64,000 bases of DNA from Octopus vulgaris (GCA_951406725.2 OX597832.1:57040001-57104000), one strand, 5' to 3'; positions 37,401 to 49,744 are shown, counted from the first letter of the stretch. Notes: a model not told the origin generated them from the letters alone. Made by a program: numbers and translations.

Positions 37401-38774
37401 GTCTAAACCATAAGAGACATTCGTTCAATTACGAAGTAGTAGAAGGCCACAGGAGTGGCTGTGTGGTAAGTAGCTTGCTTACCAACCACATGGTTCTGGG
37501 TTCAGTCTCACTGTGTGGCACCTTAGGCAAGTGTCTTCTACTGTAGCCTCGGGCCGACCAAAGCCTTGTGAGTGGATCTGATAGACGGAAACTGAAAGAA
37601 GCCCATCTTATATATGTATATGTATATATATATGTGTGTTTGTGTGTGTATATGGTGTGTTTATGTCCCCGTAACTTAGTGGTTTGGCAAAAGAGACAGA
37701 TAGAATAAGTACCAGGCTTACAAAGAATAAGTCCTGGGGTCGATTTGCACACACACATACATGTATACATATATATATGCATACATACACACATATATTA
37801 CAAAAAGCGGTAAGTAACACCAAAATGCACGCCAAGATGCAAAACTTTTCAGTGTGCACCGAATCGCAGTAGAAAGGCATGTAGGTGTAGAAATGGAAAA
37901 ACGTGATTGACAGCAGAAGGTGGTGCTCCAGTATGGCCGCAGTCAAATGGCTGGAATGAGTAAAAGAGTAAGTAGAAGGCCAACCGAAACAAATTTCTTG
38001 AGATGTCTGGGCACTGGTTTTAATACACACATACACACACACATTGAAATGCGACCATGCTGGAGTACCGTCTCGAAATGTTTAGCTAAACATATTGACT
38101 CGAGTACTAATTGTACTGATCTCCTTTGCTGAGCCATTAGGTTACGGGGACGAAAACATAATAAACATCAGTTGCCAAGCGGTATGGGACAAACAGACAG
38201 ACACACTCACACACATGTACAGATATATATATATATCATCATCATCATCATCATCATCATTTAGCGTCCGTTTTCCATGCTAGCATGGGTTGGACGGTTC
38301 AACTGGGGTCTGTGAAGCTGGAAGGCTTCATCAGGCCCAGTCAGATCTGGCAGTGTTTCTACGGCTGGATGCCCTTCCTAACGCCAACCACTCTGTGAGT
38401 GTAGTGGGTGCTTTTTACGTGCCACCCGCACATATATATATGTATACATACACACATATATTACAAAAAGCGGTAAGTAACACCAAAATGCATGCCAAGA
38501 TGCAGAACTTTGCAGTGTGCACCGAATCGCAGTAGAAAGGTATGTAGGTGCAGAAATGGAAAAACGTGATTGACAGCAGAATAAAATTGGATTTATAAAT
38601 CTGTTTTCCTTATTATTAATTTATCATCTCTTCTCTACCGACAACATGCAGCCTCTATAGAGACAAATGGATTTACCAATGTGAAGATCTACCGAGGATA
38701 ATAAATTAAACTAGCTGGAGTTTTTCTGCTTTCTCTCTCTCTCTCTCTCTCTCTAGATATATATATATATATAT

Positions 38775-39192
38775 AGGCGCAGGAGTGGCTGTGTGGTAAG
38801 TAGCTTACTAACCAACCACATGGTTCCGGGTTCAGTCTCACTGCGTGGCATCTTGGGCAAGTGTCTTTTGCTATAGCCCCGGGCCAACCAATGCCTTGTG
38901 AGTGGATTTGGTAGACGGAAACTGAAAGAAGCCTGTCGTATATATGTATATATATATATGTATGTGTGTGTGTGTGTGTGTGTGTGTTTGTGTGTCTGTG
39001 TTTGTCCTGCTAGCATTGCTTGACAACCGATGCTCGTGTGTTTACGTCCCCGTCACTTAGCGGTTCGGCAAAAGAGACCGATAGAATAAGTACTGGGCTT
39101 ACAAAGAATAAGTCCTGGGGTCGATTTGCTTGACTAAAGGTGGTGCTCCAGCATGGCCGCAGTCAACTGACTGAAACAAGTAAAAGAGTAAA

Positions 39193-39195
<3 letters not shown>
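38775..39195 (+). mobile_element. SINE family A, young full-length copy
   Basis: Full head, CORE-like block, microsatellite and AAGTAAAAGAG tail. Confidence 0.9.
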
Positions 39196-39231
<36 letters not shown>

Positions 39232-39238
39232 TATATGT

Positions 39239-39593
39239 AACTATAAATAAGAGTATCTGAGAGACACCACCATGCCGAAATAGCAGTCAGACCCTGACTC
39301 TAAAAACCACCTAAAATGTTCATATCGCACTATGAGGTAAGACAGAGAGACGAAAATAAACTAGCAAAAAGATATTAATGGATAATTCAAGATCCTGACG
39401 AAAGCAGAGCTTATTTGAAGCAAAGCTAGAAATCCAGGATCTTGAATTATCCATTAATATCTTTTTGCTAGTTTATTTTATCTCTCTGTCTTACCTCATA
39501 GTGCGATATGAACATTTTAGGTGGTTTTTTAGAGTCAGGGTTTGACTGCTATTTCGGCATGGTGGTGTCTCTCAGATACCTTTATTTATAGTT
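39239..39593. mobile_element. Penelope-like fold-back with hammerhead core at the turn
   Basis: ~159-bp arms 39239-39397 / 39435-39593. The centre is CTGACGA-A-AGC...GCT-A-GAAA-TCC-A-GGA-TC (palindromic stem III, AUC triplet). Confidence 0.75.
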
Positions 39594-39704
39594 GTAAAAA
39601 ATTATTACCTTTGTATGGTATTTATTCCCATGCTGGCCACTTGATAATATCGATATTTAAATATCGATATTATCCTTATTTATAAATTTATATATATATA
39701 TATA

Positions 39705-39966
39705 CTTTATTTAAAGCAGCAGAAAATTCAACAAAACCTGAGTTTCCCGTTGCCGTTCATCGGACAGTTTTTGCTAGAATGGAACCGATATGTCGAATTG
39801 ACATATCGGTTCCATTCTAGCAAAAACTGTCTGATGAACGGCAACGGGAAATTCAGAGTAACAGGTTTTGTTGAATTTTCTGCTGCTTTAAATAAAGCAT
39901 ATTACTCTACGACTGGTCTTTGAGTACTCTTTTTTCCACCTTGTTTCACATTTACGTGTTTACTCC

Positions 39967-39968
<2 letters not shown>
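39705..39968. mobile_element. Penelope-like fold-back with hammerhead (39827-39864, +)
   Basis: Arms 39705-39794 / 39800-39897 around GAATT. The HHR reads CTGT-CTGATGA-ACG-GCAA-CGG-GAAA-TTC-A-GAG-TA-ACAG (GUA site); the mirror arm keeps GAAACTCAG. Flanked by (TA)n. Confidence 0.75.
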
Positions 39969-40013
<45 letters not shown>

Positions 40014-40029
40014 GTATATGTATATATAT

Positions 40030-40422
40030 AAGAATTTTTTGCATAATGAGATAAAAAACCAAGGCTGAGTAGATATTAGAACATTTATAGATAGAAGGTC
40101 TTACAGCTGTTTCCAGGATATTTATTAATTATATCCCTTCATCGGAGAGGGTGTAAGAGGATGGTTAAGTCATAGTTAGTTTAGATGTGATACAAAATAG
40201 AGAGTGAGGTGGAGGAAAGAAAATAGATGCGAGATATGTATGGTTAATGAAGTTGTAAGTCCATTTTTTAGGCAGAATGGTATACATGTAGTATTCTAAT
40301 ACCCTATGAGTAAAGTCCAAAATTCCGACAGAGTTTAAAATGGGTCCTTCCAAATATAGAGTTTATACACAATGTAAGATTCCCTTATGAGTGAGACCCA
40401 GCAGTTTTTAAACTTGGTCATT

Positions 40423-40425
<3 letters not shown>
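40030..40425 (-). mobile_element. Penelope-like 3' remnant with hammerhead (40099-40148, -)
   Basis: Minus strand TCT-CCGATGA-AG-GGATA-(11 nt)-TATCC-TG-GAAA-CAGCTG-TA-AGA (palindromic ACAGCTGT, GUA site, CCGA core variant). Lies between (TA)n tracts. Confidence 0.6.
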
Positions 40426-40458
<33 letters not shown>

Positions 40459-40752
40459 GCGTGGCTCATATATATTAGCAAAATGTCTCTAAGCTACCTT
40501 AAAATTATCACAATAAATACGTGCCGAATTCGGATACACACACACACACATGACAGGCTTTCACACGGTTTCCTTCAACCAAATTCACGCACAAGTAATT
40601 GGTCAGCTTGGAGTCCTAACCACATGGTTCAAAGTTCAGTCCTACTGCTTGGATCTTTAAGTAAGTGTCTGCTAGAATACTATATCACCTCAAACTGACC
40701 AAAGCTTTGTGAGTGGCTTTGGTAGGCGGAAATGCACATACATATTACATTT

Positions 40753-41508
40753 CAGTTCTATATTTAAGAGATGAGGAATTATGTACATTACTTATTTTAT
40801 TTACACATTACGGATATTTGTCCTCACCTTGTTTGTTGTTAACACAACATTTCGGCTGATATATCCTCCAGCCTTCATCAGGTGTCTTGGGAAATTTCGA
40901 ACCTGGGTTCTCATTCCTAAGGTATTTTTCGATGTTGTTGTTGTTGTTGTTGTTGTTATTATAATAATAATTATTATTATTATTATTTTTATTATTATTA
41001 TTCAGGTCACTGCCTGGAATCGGGTTAGTAACCCCAAGATTCCGAGTGTTCGATTCTAGGCAGTGACCTGAATAATAATAATAATAATAATTCGTTCGTT
41101 TATTGGCCACAAGGGCTAACAAAAATCAATTAAAACATAAAGGGACAAAACACAGGAGGAAAGTTACAAAGGGTTTTGTCCGTTTGAAAAAGTTCGTGTA
41201 CAAAAGCAGGATAATAACGAAATATAAGTAACGATTAAAACTCCCAAAAGGGGGAGGGGCTTCGAAAGGTTACTCGTGGAAAAATAATAATAATAATAAC
41301 AACAACAACAACAACAACAACAACAGCAGCAGCAGCAGCAAGAACAACAGCGAAAAATACTTTCAGAATGAGAATCCAGGTTCGAAATTTCCCCAAGACA
41401 CCTGATGAAGGCCGGAGGGTATATCAGCCGAAGCGTTGTGTTAACAGCAAACAAGAAGAGGACAAATATCCGTCAAATGTAAATAATATAAATAATGTAA
41501 ATAATGTA
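40753..41508. mobile_element. second copy of the tRNA-headed hammerhead element, double fold-back
   Basis: Same tail as 21271-21800. HHRs at 40841-40886 (-) and 41397-41442 (+). A tRNA B-box piece GTTCGATTCTAGGC at ~41048 lies within an inner hairpin at ~40990-41090. Confidence 0.8.
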
Positions 41509-42109
41509 TATATACATTTGCCCAAAGTGCCGCACAGTGACACCGAACGCGGCATGTATGCGTGTGCACGCGCGAGCGTACGTGCGTGCGTGCGCGCGCG
41601 GTTCTCACAGTCAGTGTTCCTCATTCTCATGGACGGTAATACTCGCAGATAACTCACAATGGCATATTATACAAAAATTTGTCATTGAAGTCTTTCCATC
41701 TCCGACTAAATCATTTAAACTTAAGAGTGTGTTGTGGTGGTGGTCGTGGGGGGAAATTAAGTCATTTTCGTGACAGTTGACATTTTCAGCTCGTAACTAG
41801 GTTTATGAGGGATTATTAAGTTACAATTCACTTTCTCATAAATCACTAATCCCTTATCGCTTCTCTCCTCATTATGACCTGTGTAAGTTGAATTAAAGAC
41901 ATAAAAACAAAGAATTATAAAAATTAAGGTATAACAAATTTAAAACGAATGCTGACACCTCGGGAAATTATCACAATGGACTTATCGCATGTGAAATTAT
42001 CTTGTCTGCTTGTAGAATGATGGGTTTATGGCTTATCTACACAAGTACTACCCCCATCTCACTCGATTTTGTGTTGTCATAACTTAGAGAAAAATGGATG
42101 TTTTATAAT

Positions 42110-42650
42110 CTTTTCTACTCTAGGCACAAGGCCTGAAATTTGGGGAGAAGTGGGGGGTTGTCGATTAGATCGAACCAGTACGCAACTGGTACTTAATTTA
42201 TCGACTCATCAAGGATGAAAAGCAAAATCGACCTCGGCGAAATTTGAACTCAGAACATAAGGGCAGACGAAATACCTATTTCTTTACTACACACGAGGGG
42301 CTAAACACAGGGCAGACAAACGGATCAAGTCGATTACATCGACCCCAGTGCATAACTGGTACTTAATTTATCGACCTCGAAAGGATGAAAGGCAAAGTCG
42401 ACCTCGGCGGAATTTGAATTCAGAACGTAACCGCAGACAAAATACCTATTTCTTTACTACCCACAAGGGGCTAAACACAAAGAAGACAAACAAGGACAGC
42501 CAAACGGATTAAGTCGATTATATCGACCCCAGTGCGTAACTAGTATTTATTTAATCGACCCTGAAAGGCAAAGTCGACCTCGCTGGAATTTGAACTCAGA
42601 ACGTAACCGCAGACCGCCCGGCGTGCTAACGTTTCTGCCAGCTCGCCGCC
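42110..42650 (-). mobile_element. SINE family B with internally tandem-duplicated B-box/Nin/tail module
   Basis: Three repeats of GGCAAAGTCGACCTCG...AATTTGAA(C/T)TCAGAAC; the head GCCAGCTCGCCGCC is at ~42640. Confidence 0.8.
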
Positions 42651-44996
42651 TTGTGGATGTTTTATAATGAAAGTGCGGTCGTGGCTTTGTTGTAAGAAGT
42701 TTGCTTTCTAACCACATGGTTAAAGGTTCAGTCCCACTGCTTGAGTCTTTAAGTGTCTGCAAGAATACCATAGCCTCGGACTGACAAAAGCTTTGTGAGT
42801 GGATTTGGTAGGCGGAAACGCACATACATACATATATCCATACCTACATGTATGGTTATGTGAGTGTCTTGTATTGGTTTGTTAACGTCCCCGTAACTTA
42901 GTGGTTCGGCAAAGAGAACGTCAGAATAAGTACTAAACCTTTCATGCAAAAGACAGATACCTTTCAGGTGTTAAATTACGATTACATCAGAACGTAATGC
43001 AAAAAAAAAAAACCCAAAAACTTAGAAGGCGCGAACCCGTACATACTGACACACACATACACAAACACACACGCACACACACACACACACATACACACGC
43101 ACACACACACGCACACGCACACACATACACACACATCTGCAAAATGAAACTTGAAGTCTCGGATATACAGGAATCGATTTCATCAATTGCATTCATTCTT
43201 CCCTTAAAAATTCAAGACTTGAGCACGAATGGAAATTATGGAGAGTGGCTTTTAATTTGTTCTGAATTCCAATTCCATTCTGGGGGTCGATTCAACTGAC
43301 TTATATAAGATTTCCCTGACAAACATCTACCTACTACCTTTGCGCCATTTGTAAGCAATCAATATAATTTAGGCGGAATGTATTCTCGTCATCTGGCCCC
43401 CAACGAAATCTGTTATCTGTAATATAATGGCTTTTTTTTTTTTATTTATTTGTTACGTCGGCTGAAGGCTACACATTTTTTTACAGCAAGAAGTAGATTA
43501 AGTCCGTTGAATCATCAGTACATTCCTGACCCATATTTTATCGACCCTAAGAGTAGTAAATGGTGGGGGTTCATTAAATACAATGTCATTCCCCGGTGAG
43601 ATTTCACCTCCACAACCTCAGGCAACGAAACTAATTCATTCTCTCTCTGTATCAAGTCCACAACCCAAATATAATATCGACTTGTTTGTTTTTGTTTTGT
43701 TTTTCTTTTTCTCTTTGTTAAGAATAGGTTTACAACCAAAATACATTTGACTCAGTCAGTTACATTACTAATGCCTACTGAATCAAGCTGTTGATAAATT
43801 TGCTTGAAATAGCAGCCAGCCGAATTTATCTCAAAGCACACCCTGCCGATTTAAAAAGGTTACCTTACATAACGTAGTCATAGATTCACTATTTATTTAT
43901 TTATAAAAACTGAATGATTTCAGTTAGAAATGCCTTTGATAAATAAAACCTTCTTGATCTGGACCAGCCCACCCGGGGTTAAACAAGAACGAACACTTAG
44001 TTTTACTGCCAAAAAGAATTGCAACTTTAGATAAAAAATTAAAAAAAAAAGACGGAATTAAATAAAGCGAAACATTCTGTGCAATATTCTACCATTTTTA
44101 CCATTCTACTACCTTTTCACAGATCGAATAGTGATTTCTAACTTTGGCACACAATGCCTCACATTTACAAGAGAAGAAATTGTTGGTTTGAAAGAAATCT
44201 CTCTCCAAGACAGAGACTGGTTTATATATTGATTGGCGAAATCATTAAGAGCGTCGGACAAAATATTTTGTGGTAGGAGTGACTGCGTGGAAAGAAGCTT
44301 GCTTTTCTACTACATGGTTCCGGGTTCAGTCCCATTGCGTGGCATCTTGGGCAAGTGTCTTCTATTGTAGCTTTGGGCCGACCAAAGTCTTGTAGACGGA
44401 AACTGAAAGAAGCCCGTCGTATATATATATATACATATGTATGTATTTATGTGTGTGGATCTGCGTTTGTTCCCCCCACCACCACCACCATCACTGCTTG
44501 ACAACCAGTGTTGGTGTGTTTACGTCCGCATAACTTAGCAGTTTGGCAAAAAATATCGATAGAGTAAGTACCAGTTTTAAAAAAAGTACTGGGTTCGATT
44601 TATTTGATTAAAAATTCTTCGTGGCGGCACCCCAGCATGGCCGCAGTAATAATAAAAAAATATATAAAATATTTAATAACGGTCTTTTACGTTCTAGGTT
44701 CAAATTCCGCGAAGGTCGACTTAGTTTTCATCCTTCCAACTTGAATGAATTATATAGCATCGGACAAGAATTAGTGACGATTCAATTCTTTTACTGCTGG
44801 AAATCAGATACATCCATTCAAAATTTCATTATCTTCAACTATAAAAACAGTTTTATAAACCAAACTATCCTTTGTTGGAGAATGTTGTTTGAAACTACTT
44901 TCTGTTGACATATGTCAAGTTTATTGAGGCAGCATGACTCGCAGGAAATATCAATTCTATATTTTATTTTAATTTTTGATTTTCGACACATATTTG

Positions 44997-45422
44997 GGAT
45001 CTTTTCGGTTTGAACGGCAGTTTTTAAATATAATTTCCACGTAACTAAACACTTTTAAACTTCGTATACTGGTAGAATGTGTTTAAAAAAACATTTTTCT
45101 CATGGCTTTATTGAGAAAATTCTATGGTTTGTAAGATATTTGTTGCTTTTTTTCTTCAATTTCTGCAATTTCAACCAATCAATGACATCTATTGAGGTGA
45201 AAACATTCTGTGCCGTATGAATATGTCCCTCGTTTAAAAAACAGATTGGGTTTATTTACATTTGTGAAGAAAAAAAAGATACCCTTCCCCCACCCCTAAC
45301 CCTAACTAACCCTAACCCTAAAACAGATTGAAATGCAATAGGTCGATTCTAGGGTCATAATTATGGGTGACAATTTCATATGACACCGCTAGAAAAAACT
45401 GCCGTTCAGACCGAAAAGATCC
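44997..45422. mobile_element. GGATC-ended MITE with internal (CCCTAA)n; 47-bp flanking duplication
   Basis: TIRs GGATCTTTTCGGTTTGAACGGCAGTTTT / AAAACTGCCGTTCAGACCGAAAAGATCC. Flanks 44950-44996 and 45423-45469 match at 45/47. Confidence 0.9.
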
Positions 45423-46062
45423 ATCAATTCTATATTTTATTTTAATTTTTGATTTTCGGCACGTATTTGACATCGTTATTGGATTAACCATGAAGTTTAA
45501 TTTCGAAATTACAGGGTTAATATTCTCGTAAAATTTCCTGCGTGTAAAGGGAAAAATTGAAACCCTAGAAACTGAAAGCGAAGCATTAACCCCGACCCAC
45601 CAACGATATGTATGCTTAATTAAATGAACTTCTGGAAGGAACGCAACTAAACTGACATTATCGTTTTTTTTTTTACTACACAAACCGTTCATTACAAAAT
45701 CATGAAAAGAAAATTATTATATTTGATGGTTTACGAGACGCACTTCTTTAAAAATAATTTTTTTAAATAAAAACAAAAACTAGTGAGGGGCCTATATGCA
45801 AAGTTGGGCCGATGTTATTTGCTTTTACGGACTAAAATCTATTTTTTTCCCCCTGAACATGTATTGCTGAAATCAAGGTACACCAAATAAGAATAGTAAT
45901 GTAATAATATAATATTATTTCTACTAAAGATACAAGACCTGGAATCTTGCAGGCGGCTAAGTCGACTCAAATACTCCGAAAGGATGAAAGGTAAAGTCGA
46001 CCTCGGCGGAATTTGAACTTAAATTTGAACTAACGCACCGCCTTAATATATCTCTTTTTCTT

Positions 46063-46460
46063 TTTTACTTGTTTCAGTCATTTGACTGTGGCCATGCTGG
46101 AGCACCGCCTTTAGTCGAGCAAATCGACCCCAGGACCTATTCTTTGTAAGCCTAGTACTTATTGTATCGGTTCCTTTTGCCGAACCTCTAAGTTACGGGG
46201 ACGTAAACACACCAGCATCGATTGTCAAGCGATGTTGGGGGTGGGGACAAACAGACACACAAACACACATCTATATATATATATATATACATATATGCGA
46301 CGGGCTTCTTTCAGTTTCCGTCTACCAAATCCACTCACAAGGCTTTGGTCAGCCCGAGGCTATAGTAAAAAACACTTGTCCAAGGTGCCACGCAGTGGGA
46401 CTGAACCCGGAACCATGTGGTTGGTAAACAAGCTACATACCACACAGCCACTCCTGCGCC
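46063..46460 (-). mobile_element. SINE family A, young CpG-rich copy
   Basis: Full-length match to family A. Confidence 0.9.
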
Positions 46461-46924
46461 TATATCATATAATAATTTCAAATTTTGGGCACAAGGCCTG
46501 CAATTTGGGGGTAAGGGGGTAAGTCGATTACGTCAACCTCAGTGTTCGACTGGTACTTAATTTATCGACCCTGAAAGGATCAAAAGCATAGTCGAACTCG
46601 GTGGAATTCGAACACAGAACGTAAAGACAGACGAACTGCCGCAAGACAGACGAACTGCCAGTGCGCCGCTTTTGTATATCATATAACAATAGCCGATCCT
46701 TCGATATTTGTGTAGAGAATGTCCGTAAGAGAAGACGTCATTCACCCTCTTTTTCCAGCCTAGCCTCGTTTATGTATGTCATGAAGGAAGATTATGTGGG
46801 AGAAGAACGTCGTTTCTCAATAACGAAGGATTGTCTAATAATATAATAACATATATCGTATTTGATGGCATATAAAATGCACTTATTTTTCCTAAAAAGT
46901 TACAATACCTAAAATAAAAAATGG

Positions 46925-47491
46925 GGATCTTTACGGTTTGAACGGCAGTTTTTAACAATTTCTAGGTAACTAAAAAATTTTAAACTTCGTATACTGGTAG
47001 AATGTGTTTATAAAACATCTTTTATAACATCTCGACGCTATAATGTTTCAGCCGGCTTTAATAAAAGAAATAATGGATCTTTTCGGTTTGACCGGCAGTT
47101 TTTTAAAATAGTTTCCACTTAACTAAACACTTTTAAACTTCGTATACTGGTAGAATGTGTTTATAAAACATCTTTTTCTCTTGGTTTTATTGAGAAAATT
47201 CTATAGTTTGTAAGATATTTGTTGCTTTTTTTCTTCAATTTCTACAATTTCAACCAATCAATGACGTCTATTGAGGTGAAAGCATTCTGTGCCGTATGAA
47301 TATGTCCCTCGTTTAAGAAACAGATTGGGTTTATTTACATTTCTGAAGAAAAAAAGATACCCTTCCCCACACCCCTAACCCTAACCCTAAAACAGATTGA
47401 AATGCAATAGATCGATACTAGGGTCATAATTATGGGTGACAATTTCATATGACACCGCTAGAAAAAACTGCCGTTCAAACCGAAAAGATCC
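46925..47491. mobile_element. composite GGATC MITE (partial copy + 43-bp captured piece + full copy at 47075)
   Basis: Flanked by CTTATTTTTCCTAAAAAGTTACAATACCT plus an A-run on both sides (46882-46924 and 47492-~47541). Confidence 0.85.
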
Positions 47492-48259
47492 CTTATTTTT
47501 CCTAAAAAGTTACAATACCTCAAAAAAAAAAAAAAAAAAGGTCCTTATATGTAAGGTTAGGCCTCCAATGAGCTTTAAATGCAGCAAAAACGTTCTTGAA
47601 TATACGCTGCTAAAATCACGGTACATCTAACTTGACCGTGCAACTCTTACGTAATAAAATACGATCCATTAGAAAGCAAAACAAAACAAAACAGGACAAT
47701 ATCGTCAAGGTCAACCTTGCTTTTCATCCTTTTGAGATCGATATAGAAAATCGATGAAATTATCTATCAATGGCAGTGGATTGGCGGGAACTGTAAGAAT
47801 GTAAAACCGGATGCTTTGCAAGTATTTGTTCCGGTTCTTTGCATTCTTGAGTTCAAATTCCACCACAGCCTTCTTGGGTGATAGACATAACCACTGCCAC
47901 CTGTTTCAACACCAGCGCCTGGCACGCTTGTGGGGGGGGGGGAGTGCTTTAGTAGAGTCCACCCTGTTGTAAGAAGTATTACGGAAAAGGCTCTGCTTTG
48001 AGAATAACTTCCCCCAGTCCACTCTCAGTCTCGGAGGAATTGTAAAAAAGGTCATTGACACTGCCTTCTCTCATGATTAAAAGATAAAAAGAAAAGAAAA
48101 CGGTGAAAAATTAACCAAAGATAATCATTTTCGTATAGAACACACACACACAAAGATGTGTGCACAACACTGCAGGGCACTGATATTTTAAATGGCGGTG
48201 CCCCAGCATAGCCACAGTTCGTGAGCTGAAACTAGATGAATTAAATATATGCTTATGTT

Positions 48260-48322
48260 AACATATATATACTTGTTGCATGTATGTGTATGTATGATAC
48301 ATACATACATACATATATATAC

Positions 48323-48380
<58 letters not shown>

Positions 48381-48458
48381 TATATATATACATACATACA
48401 TATACGTACATATATATACGTACATATATATATATACACACACATATATATATACATA

Positions 48459-48490
<32 letters not shown>

Positions 48491-48638
48491 TATATACATA
48501 CATATACATATATATATATATACACACATATATATACATACATATACATATATACACACATATACATATATACACACATATATATACATACATACATACA
48601 TATACACATATATATATATACACACACACATATACATG

Positions 48639-48670
<32 letters not shown>

Positions 48671-48745
48671 TAAATGCATACATACATATATACACACACA
48701 CATAAATACATACATACATACATACATACATATACATACATATAA
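48260..48745. repeat. long compound TA/CA/TACA microsatellite
   Basis: Direct reading. Explains the 129-172 aa YIHT/CVYI pseudo-ORFs. Confidence 0.95.
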
Positions 48746-49676
48746 ATCTACCTACCCATATTCATAGAATATAAGGTAGATGTATAAACACACACATATA
48801 CATACAATATTACAATATATAAGTATGTGTGAGAGAGAGAGAGATAGACAGGCAGACAGACAGACAGACAGTACGCTCGCATTCCCTGCTGTCTTTTTTC
48901 ATTATTACCAACTGCACTTGTAAAAGCTTTTAAGACCTCATATCTACAGCAATATTGTTTATGGATAACCGGTGGTTCTTGGGAAATATAATCAAATATT
49001 TAGTACAGACATGAACGAAATTATCGATATAACGATTTTTTATTTTATTTCTTTATCGATATTAAGGTGCCTTGGCGATGGTGGTGATGGTGGTGGTGGT
49101 GGCGGAGAGGGGGGGAGAGGGGCAGATGGTGAAAAAGAAAAGAAGCTATAACTATTGTAGACAACGGAAAGCTGGTGGTGGGTTGGGGGTGGTTTTGGTG
49201 TAATAAATGGAGCAAAGAGCCAGACTATGTCAGGGGAAATAGTCCGGAAGAATGTTCTTTAACAAAGGCGCGTGGGTGTCTATGTTTGTATGTATACAAG
49301 TGTGTATGAGTGTATGTATGTATACTGTGTGTGCGTGTGTGTGTGTGTGTGTGTGTATACGTATGTGAGTGTTTATATATGTGTATGTTGTATGTGTCTG
49401 TGTTATGTGTGCATGGGTGGATTGATGGATATCTATGTGTGTGTGTGTCAGTGTATGCGGTATGTGTGCGTGTACGTATGTGTGTATATTTATTTGTATA
49501 TTGTGTGTTAGTTTGTGTGTGTGTGTGTGAGTTCATTTATCACGACATACATAAGATGTGGCGAGAGACAAGAATATATATCTTAATTAAATTGAACAGC
49601 TACAGATTATATCTACAGTATATAAGAATATAACACACACGTCTGTGTGTTTGTGTGTGTGTGCGTGTATACATAC

Positions 49677-49744
<68 letters not shown>

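Noticed and set aside
39255-39290. Additional hammerhead CTGAGAGA...GAAATAG
   Set aside because: The core is not CUGANGA, and there is no stem II or NUH triplet.
45290-45320. Telomere or chromosome-fusion relic (CCCTAA repeats)
   Set aside because: Only 2-4 units, always at the same position inside the GGATC MITE.
48249-48767. Long ORFs of 129-197 aa here and at 25543-26101, 49225-50186 and 56360-57086
   Set aside because: Translations of TA/CA/TACA microsatellites ([12 protein letters not shown]); stop-free by composition.
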